Of a stretch of DNA of 64,000 nucleotides, positions 57,971-64,000 are shown in pieces. The stretch is from Dehalococcoidia bacterium (GTDB lineage: Bacteria > Chloroflexota > Dehalococcoidia > Bin125). The stretch spans positions 128,001 through 192,000 of the forward strand of contig OY820591.1 of assembly GCA_963555985.3 (NCBI GenBank). Direction: 5' to 3'. The position numbers and the translations under genes were made by a program. Numbering within the stretch: the stretch's first letter is position 1; each line of letters opens with the position of its first letter. The notes under the pieces were generated by a model. The model ran no database searches and had not been told where the DNA came from. It worked only from the letters and a program-made list of their open reading frames with translations.

Positions 57971-58891
57971 ATGCGACGCACCACCGATCGACTCGCCGTC
58001 TTTGGCCTGGCGCTGCTCTTCCAGACAGCAGCGCAAGCCTTTCTGGGGCCGCCGCCCGAAGGCCGTTCGAGCTGGCTCGCCTGGGCCATCGAACGCGCCG
58101 GGCGGGCGCTGGAACTGCCGCCGCGTCTGCGTCCGCTCGCGCCGCTTGCAGCGGCCGCCCTCGCCGTGCGCGGCGCGGCCCTATTGGAGCAGAACGTGTC
58201 GCGCCGGCGTCCCAGTGGTTGGACGCGATTCTTCGCTCTGACCAGCGAGGCGGCGCTGCTGGCCGCGACCTTTGACGCCTGGCGCTCGCTGGGCGCAGCC
58301 ACCGCCGCCGAGCGCGAACTGGAACAGAACAACGTTGATCCGGTTGCGCTCGAGGGACGAGTCGAGGCCGAGCTGGGCTCGCTCGCGCAGGGAGTGAGCG
58401 AAGGCGTGGTCGGCCCTTGGGCGGCCTACGCCGCGTTTGATCTGCCCGGAGCGGTCGCATATGCGGCGGTAGAGTCGTTGGGTGGACGCGCCGGCGGCGT
58501 CGAAGGTCCCTTGTCAACCCTGATCGATCCGCGCCGCCGTCTGGTCTCGGTGCGCCGCGCCCGCGACGCCATCGCCGGCGCAGCCACCCTCGCCGCTCGC
58601 GGCCGCGGCGAACTCGTCACGCTCGACCTGGAAGAATTCGCGCTCGGCTCCGAGACCCCGCTGCCGGTCACCGCGATGACGGTCGCGCTCGATCGGCGCG
58701 TCGCTTGGAACGGTCGCGTCGCCGGCTGGACCAGACCGGCCCCGTCGAAGCGAGACCTCTCACGCGGGCGGCGCCTGGCGCTGCGCTCGCTGGGCATCCT
58801 CGCCGGCGCAGCGGCGCTCTGCATCGCCGTGGGCGATCTACTCCGCCCGCTGCCGGCGGAATCGCCCAAGCGCGAGTCTGAGTGGAGCTAA
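57971..58891 (+). CDS. Degenerate CobD/CbiB-like membrane protein
   Basis: SLAQGVSEGVVGP..F.LPGAVAYAAVE resembles the CbiB core. Confidence 0.5.
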   Translation: MRRTTDRLAVFGLALLFQTAAQAFLGPPPEGRSSWLAWAIERAGRALELPPRLRPLAPLAAAALAVRGAALLEQNVSRRRPSGWTRFFALTSEAALLAATFDAWRSLGAATAAERELEQNNVDPVALEGRVEAELGSLAQGVSEGVVGPWAAYAAFDLPGAVAYAAVESLGGRAGGVEGPLSTLIDPRRRLVSVRRARDAIAGAATLAARGRGELVTLDLEEFALGSETPLPVTAMTVALDRRVAWNGRVAGWTRPAPSKRDLSRGRRLALRSLGILAGAAALCIAVGDLLRPLPAESPKRESEWS

Positions 58892-58957
58892 TTGCTAAGC
58901 TCTGCATAACGGTCGGCACGGACCGCACTGAAACAGAACTGAGACAGAAGGGGGCGG

Positions 58958-59404
58958 ATGATGCCGCAGTTTCCGTCAGTCGAATGGTTTGAAGCGCTGC
59001 GCGACACGGTCGAGGACGACCCCCACTGGCGCGACTTCGGAATGATGGATTGCGCCATGGGCGTGAACGTCGGCGAGACCACGATCAAGCTCGTCTTCGA
59101 CGGCTACGAAATCCCCGAAATCGCCGACATCTCTGCCAACCCCGAAGGCGAAGACCTCGATTTCACCCTCGTCATGCCGGCCGAACGCTGGCGCGAGATG
59201 ATCGAAAACATCCAGACCAACGGTCACGCCGACCTCCACCACACCCTCAACACAATCGACCTCGAAACCCCGGAAGAACTGGCCAAAGGCGAGGACTACA
59301 CCCGCCGCGACCTCTTCTACCGCTTCAACCAGACCCTGCAAGACTTCTTCGACGCCTCCTCGGAGATCGAAACCACCTTCCCCGAACCGGCAGCGACGGC
59401 CTAG
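58958..59404 (+). CDS. Hypothetical protein (SCP2-like fold suspected)
   Basis: FPSVEWF N-terminus; strongly coding-like codons. Confidence 0.6.
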   Translation: MMPQFPSVEWFEALRDTVEDDPHWRDFGMMDCAMGVNVGETTIKLVFDGYEIPEIADISANPEGEDLDFTLVMPAERWREMIENIQTNGHADLHHTLNTIDLETPEELAKGEDYTRRDLFYRFNQTLQDFFDASSEIETTFPEPAATA

Positions 59405-59435
59405 CGAGCGCTGAACAAGCCCCCGGTCTCCGAAT

Positions 59436-59552
59436 CCGTCATTGCCGCGCTCCGTCGCGGCAACCTTGCTGTGCGCGCGACGACGGTGCAGATCACGGCG
59501 AGATATCCCACAGGACGGGGACAGGCTCCGCGGCAAGCGCGGGTATGACGGA
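59436..59552. repeat. REPIN-like paired GTCAT palindromes
   Basis: CCGTCATTGCCGCG...CGCGGGTATGACGG. Confidence 0.8.
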
Positions 59553-59645
59553 GCTTTGTTACGTACAGGTCGTTACTGGGGAAAGCCTGTGGAGGGCTAA
59601 CCTACCCGTCTAGCAACCTACTGTTGATGGTGGCACGATAACTCC

Positions 59646-60458
59646 ATGGCCATTGAAGTCACCCTGATCGACCACACCGAAGACCCGATCCGCGCCCTCT
59701 ACATGGCTTATCGGGTCTGCTACTCCGCGCTCACTCCCCAACAGGTGCTCAAACGAATCGAATCCGAGCGCATCTCGCACGAGAAGATGCTCGAATTCGT
59801 CGAAGCCCGTCTGCTCACCGGACACATGTCGCCGCTCGAACAGGTTCACTTCGAGTTCGGCATCTCCGGCGTCTCCCGCGCCTTCTCGCACCAGTTCGTG
59901 CGCCACCGGATCGGGATCAGCTTCGAGCAGCAGAGCCAGCGCTACGTCACCTACAAAGGCGGCAAGTTCCCCTACAGCGTGCCCAAGACGGTCGAACGCG
60001 CAGGCATGGGCGACGAGATGGCCGCCCTCTTCGCCGAGGCGGGAGCGCTCTACGAGCGCATGGTCGAAGCCGGAATCCCCGCCGAAGACGCCCGTTTCCT
60101 CCTGCCCAACGCGACCAACACCAACTTCAAGATCACCGTCAACTTCGCCTCCCTGCTCCACATCGCCGACCTCCGCCTCTGCACCCGCGCCCAATGGGAG
60201 TTCCGCAAAGTCGTCTCGCTGATGCGCGCCGAAGTCGTCAAAGTCGCCCCCGAACTCGGCCGCCACCTCCAACCCAAATGCGGAGAACGCCGGCTCGGTT
60301 ACTGCGACGAAGACTACGAAGCTTGGGCCGACTGTCCGATCGGCCGCAAACGTCCCCACAAGACAGAACTGTTCCAGCTCTACGACGCCTACCGCAAAGG
60401 CGAACTAGACGACCTCGACGCCGAAGACATGGCCATCATCGCCTCGGAAGCAGGCTGA
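59646..60458 (+). CDS. thyX: FAD-dependent thymidylate synthase
   Basis: GHMSPLE, RHRIGISFEQQSQRY, EDARFLLP, AQWE. Confidence 0.93.
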   Translation: MAIEVTLIDHTEDPIRALYMAYRVCYSALTPQQVLKRIESERISHEKMLEFVEARLLTGHMSPLEQVHFEFGISGVSRAFSHQFVRHRIGISFEQQSQRYVTYKGGKFPYSVPKTVERAGMGDEMAALFAEAGALYERMVEAGIPAEDARFLLPNATNTNFKITVNFASLLHIADLRLCTRAQWEFRKVVSLMRAEVVKVAPELGRHLQPKCGERRLGYCDEDYEAWADCPIGRKRPHKTELFQLYDAYRKGELDDLDAEDMAIIASEAG

Positions 60459-60490
60459 GCGGGCTATGATCGCCCCAGCGGAGCGATCCC

Positions 60491-60898
60491 ATGACTACCA
60501 CCAACACCGTCCTGCCCGGCCAACTGATCCTCGAACAGTGCATCAAGGCGCACGATCTCACCATCCCCGAAGCCGCCGCTCGCGCCAACTTGACCGTTGA
60601 GGAGTTGGAATGGGTGGTCGCTGGGAGGATTCGGCTCACGCCGAGCATCGCTGAGCGCATGGAGAAGCATCTGGGCGGCTGCGCAGAAGAATGGTGGAGC
60701 GCTCAAGAGGCGCTCGATCTCGCCAATGGCGGCTACAGCCCCGCTCGCCTGCTTGTCGGAGAGACCAAGCCATGGTCTTGGCCCGAAGATTGGGAACCCA
60801 GCGCGACGCCGGAACAGATCGAAGCACATGAACGGTTCCTCCGCGATCTCCGCAGATGTCCTGAGTGCACAAACCGGGCTGACCAGGCTGAGACGTGA
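60491..60898 (+). CDS. HigA-like HTH antitoxin with C-terminal extension
   Basis: PGQLILE...LT...AERM...G..AEEW..AQ..LDL. Confidence 0.7.
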   Translation: MTTTNTVLPGQLILEQCIKAHDLTIPEAAARANLTVEELEWVVAGRIRLTPSIAERMEKHLGGCAEEWWSAQEALDLANGGYSPARLLVGETKPWSWPEDWEPSATPEQIEAHERFLRDLRRCPECTNRADQAET

Positions 60899-61302
60899 AC
60901 GGGCGCTTCGCTGATCTGATTGTCGACACCAACATTGTGTCCTACATCCTCAGAAACGCTCCTCTCGCAGTTCGCTATCGCCCGCTGATTGACGACAAGC
61001 GCATCGCCGTCTCGTTTCAAACCGTCGGCGAGCTCCGCCTCGGTCAGTTACTTGGTCACTACGACCGGCCCGCCCTCGAGGCGTGGGAGCGGCTGCGCTC
61101 CCAGTGGCGCATCATCGATTCCAATCATGAAATCGTGGAGATCTACGCCGCCCTCCGCGCCGACGCCAACCGCGCAGGACGCGAGCTCTCCTCTCAGGAC
61201 GCCTGGATCGCCGCCACCGCGCTCTGGCTGCGCGTCCCCCTGGTCAGCCACGACCGCGACTTTCGCAACGTCCCCGAACTCAACGTCATCACCTGCGCCT
61301 AA
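60895..61302 (+). CDS. vapC: PIN-domain (VapC) toxin
   Basis: VDTNIVS, TVGEL, DAWIAATA, SHDRDF. Confidence 0.9.
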   Translation: MNGRFADLIVDTNIVSYILRNAPLAVRYRPLIDDKRIAVSFQTVGELRLGQLLGHYDRPALEAWERLRSQWRIIDSNHEIVEIYAALRADANRAGRELSSQDAWIAATALWLRVPLVSHDRDFRNVPELNVITCA

Positions 61303-61661
61303 TCCACCAGCTCCAACAACTGCACGTAATTCCCGTCCGGATCCAGCAGCGTCGCCACCAGACCGCCCCACGCCTCCCGCTCCGGCGGACGATGCACTCG
61401 AACCGACGGATCAGCCTTCATCACCCGCGCGAACTCCGCCCCCACGTCGTCCACGAACAGATTGATCTGCATCCGCGCCGGCTCCATGGTCGGCCCTGCA
61501 ATCTCCGAGTGATCCAACAGCCGAATGAATCCGCCTGCCGCGACAAACACCGGATCCCGAAACCGCGCCACTCGCTCCAGACCCAGCGTCGGCCCGTAGA
61601 AGCGGCTCATCGCCTCAATCTGGCCGGTCCCGACCATCAGCGTCAGTTCACGCACCTGCAT
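61299..61661 (-). CDS. VOC family protein
   Basis: RFY..LGL, WGG..DPDGNYVQL. Confidence 0.8.
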   Translation of the reverse strand: MQVRELTLMVGTGQIEAMSRFYGPTLGLERVARFRDPVFVAAGGFIRLLDHSEIAGPTMEPARMQINLFVDDVGAEFARVMKADPSVRVHRPPEREAWGGLVATLLDPDGNYVQLLELVD

Positions 61662-61664
61662 CGC

Positions 61665-62489
61665 TCAGACCTCAATCGCCAGACCGTCCGCCGCGATCAC
61701 GATTGGCCCCTCAAACGCACTCCGCGCGTCGGCCAGCAGCTCGTCTTCGCGCTCGGTCGCCAGCAGATGCGTGAGCACGAGCAACTTCACCCCCGCCTGC
61801 TGCGCGATCCGGCCGGCGTCGACAGCGCTCGAGTGCGTAGCCCGCATCCCCGAGAACAGACCCTCGCGCGCCGACTGAGGCATCGGCGCGGCCAGCCGCT
61901 CCAGCCCGGCTTCGGTAAACGCCTCGTGCACGAGCAGGTCGGCCCCGTCCGCAAGCGGCACCATCGCCTCCGGCGCATAAGTCGTGTCGCCCGAGTAGAC
62001 CAGCGCTCGCCCATCCACCTCAAAGCGCCGCGCCAGACACTCCAGGTACGGCGCATGAGGCACCTCCACCGACCGCACCCGCATCCCCCGAATCTCTCGC
62101 TCGTCCCCCGCTCGGGTCAGCTCCACCGAGACCCCATCGAGCCACTCGTGCATCGAGGATCGAATCACATTCACCCTCGCAAACCCAACCGCCGCCGCGA
62201 TGTACGAATCCGTGTCCCGAGGCCCGTACACCGTCACCGGAGGCCCCGTCCGCCCCAACAGCCGGGAGAACAGGTCCACCACCCCCATCGCATGGTCGAA
62301 GTGCAGATGCGAGAAGACCACATCCGTCACCAGATCGGGATCCAACTGGGCCCCCGTCATCCGCTCCAGAAACCCCGGCCCGGAGTCGAGCAGCAAGTTC
62401 CGCCCGCGATGAGTCAGATGAATCGAGGCGTTACCCCGGTCGGGCCCAATCGATCCCCCAGCCCCGGTCCCGCAAAACGTGATCAGCAT
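61665..62489 (-). CDS. MBL-fold metallo-hydrolase (RNase Z-like)
   Basis: GTG, SHLHFDH, YSGDT, HEA, THS, LTH. Confidence 0.88.
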   Translation of the reverse strand: MLITFCGTGAGGSIGPDRGNASIHLTHRGRNLLLDSGPGFLERMTGAQLDPDLVTDVVFSHLHFDHAMGVVDLFSRLLGRTGPPVTVYGPRDTDSYIAAAVGFARVNVIRSSMHEWLDGVSVELTRAGDEREIRGMRVRSVEVPHAPYLECLARRFEVDGRALVYSGDTTYAPEAMVPLADGADLLVHEAFTEAGLERLAAPMPQSAREGLFSGMRATHSSAVDAGRIAQQAGVKLLVLTHLLATEREDELLADARSAFEGPIVIAADGLAIEV

Positions 62490-62606
62490 GATTCAAGCCT
62501 TCCCTCGCTGGGCTTAGAGTAGTCTCCTACATAAATAGAACCCTCGTGCGCCAGACGTGTATGATCACGCTGCGGCGACGGCGCGTTGGAGCCTGCACTT
62601 GGTGGA

Positions 62607-63767
62607 ATGATGGCGCAGTTCGCAGAATTCTTCGCCGGCATCGGCCTCGTCCGCGAGGCAATCGAGCCGCTCGGCTGGGACTGCGCCTTCGCCAACGACA
62701 TCGCCGAGGACAAGGCTGAGATGTACCGCGAGCGCTTCGGCGGCGAGCATCTGGTCGTGGACGACATCAGCAATCTCACCCTGGACGACCTACCCGACCA
62801 TCTCGACCTGCTGACCGCCTCTTTCCCTTGCATTGATCTCTCCCTGGCGGGAAATCGGCGTGGTCTGGCCGGTGAGCATTCCGGTACCGTCTGGCCGTTC
62901 CTCGACCTGACGACGGCGCTCGCCCGCGAACGAACCGCGCCCAGCGCGGTGCTGCTCGAAAATGTCACCGGCTTCGTCACCTCTCACGGCGGACAGGATC
63001 TCGCGGCGGTCTGCGAGCGACTGGGCGAGCTCGGATACCTGCTCGACCTGCTCGTCGTCGACGCCAAGTGGTTTGTGCCTCAAAGCCGCCCGCGACTCTT
63101 TGTCGTCGCGCTCCAACGCGGCATCGCCGGGGACGAGTTCCCTCCAACGGACGAAGTCACCCGACTGCGAAACGTCGCGATTCGTCGATTCCAGGATGCC
63201 CATCGCAATCTGCCGTTCGTCGAGTTTCCCTTGCCCGAGCCGCCTCAGAGATCAACCACGCGGCTGATCGACATCCTCGACGATGTTCCCGCCAATCACG
63301 GCTCGTGGTGGTCCACCGAGCAGGTGAACGCGCTCGCCATGCACGAGCGTCATGCAGCGCGGGTACAAGAACTGCTGCAAGGCCAACGCGACGGCGTGGC
63401 CACCATGTACCGGCGAGTGCGCAACGGTCGCACCGTCGGCGAAGTCCGCAGCGACCGCATCGCCGGCTGTCTGCGCACGGCAGTCGGCGGCAGCAGCGTG
63501 CAATTCCTCGTGGACTGTCGATCCGGCAGGCCGCGCGTCCGGCCCCTAACCGGTCGGGAGTACGCCCGTCTCCAGGGAGCCGGCGAATTCCCCATCAATG
63601 TGGGTCGGCGGCAAGCTCAGAACGGTTTCGGCGATGCCGTTTGCGTCCCTGCCCTGCGCTGGCTCGTGGATCACGCCTTCAGCTCGCTCGTGGGCGAAAC
63701 TCCCCAGCCCGCCGGCGTCCAGTCGCGTTTCGCCGAACGCCCCGCCGCCTACGCAGCGGGAAGTTAG
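62607..63767 (+). CDS. dcm: DNA (cytosine-5)-methyltransferase
   Basis: FAGIG, FPC, ENV, PQSRPR, RLQG, GDAV motifs. Confidence 0.93.
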   Translation: MMAQFAEFFAGIGLVREAIEPLGWDCAFANDIAEDKAEMYRERFGGEHLVVDDISNLTLDDLPDHLDLLTASFPCIDLSLAGNRRGLAGEHSGTVWPFLDLTTALARERTAPSAVLLENVTGFVTSHGGQDLAAVCERLGELGYLLDLLVVDAKWFVPQSRPRLFVVALQRGIAGDEFPPTDEVTRLRNVAIRRFQDAHRNLPFVEFPLPEPPQRSTTRLIDILDDVPANHGSWWSTEQVNALAMHERHAARVQELLQGQRDGVATMYRRVRNGRTVGEVRSDRIAGCLRTAVGGSSVQFLVDCRSGRPRVRPLTGREYARLQGAGEFPINVGRRQAQNGFGDAVCVPALRWLVDHAFSSLVGETPQPAGVQSRFAERPAAYAAGS

Positions 63768-63773
63768 AGCGCC

Positions 63774-64000
63774 ATGACCGCCGTGCGCCGCGATCCCCTG
63801 TCGCCCGAACAGCGCTCCGAAACCATGCGCCGCATTCGCCGTAAGGACACCAAGCCCGAACTCGCGCTGCGCAAGGAGCTCTTTCGTCGCGGCTTCCGCT
63901 ACCGGATTGACTACCCGAACGCGCCCGGACGCCCCGATATCGCCATGGTCGGACGCAAGCTCGCCATCTTCGTCGACGGCGAATTCTGGCACGGCAAGAA
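63774..64000 (+). CDS. vsr: Very-short-patch repair endonuclease (partial, absent from the ORF track)
   Basis: Hand translation: RSETMRRIRRKDTKPE...PGRPDI...IFVDGEFWHG. Confidence 0.93.
   Translation, partial: MTAVRRDPLSPEQRSETMRRIRRKDTKPELALRKELFRRGFRYRIDYPNAPGRPDIAMVGRKLAIFVDGEFWHGK

Overview
High-GC bacterial chromosomal window. The gene complement (LLM oxidoreductases, SDRs, EthD, PhyH, thyX, small Zn-ribbon genes) suggests Chloroflexota/Dehalococcoidia; this is an inference. It contains catabolic genes, housekeeping genes (holA, dnaN, addAB-like, sirC-hemC-cobA/hemD-hemB, lepB, pyrE, lexA, thyX), about eight toxin-antitoxin-like modules and a dcm-vsr pair at the right edge. No rRNA, tRNA or CRISPR array was seen. 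Signals the ORF track does not explain: (1) a PrdB/GrdB-like selenoprotein split at an in-frame UGA (UxxC) with a SECIS-like hairpin; (2) a DUF3800 gene preceded by a promoter and a structured RNA leader or terminator; (3) four RelE modules sharing an unrecognised acidic DPRxEL...PPxxEW antitoxin, one toxin lacking a canonical start codon; (4) nested palindromic repeats (REP > 141-bp MITE > IS30) whose target duplications and empty sites are visible in the window, with repeats also inserted in-frame in AddA, AddB, NirA, CobA-HemD and a HAD hydrolase. All family assignments are by motif recognition, with no database searches.
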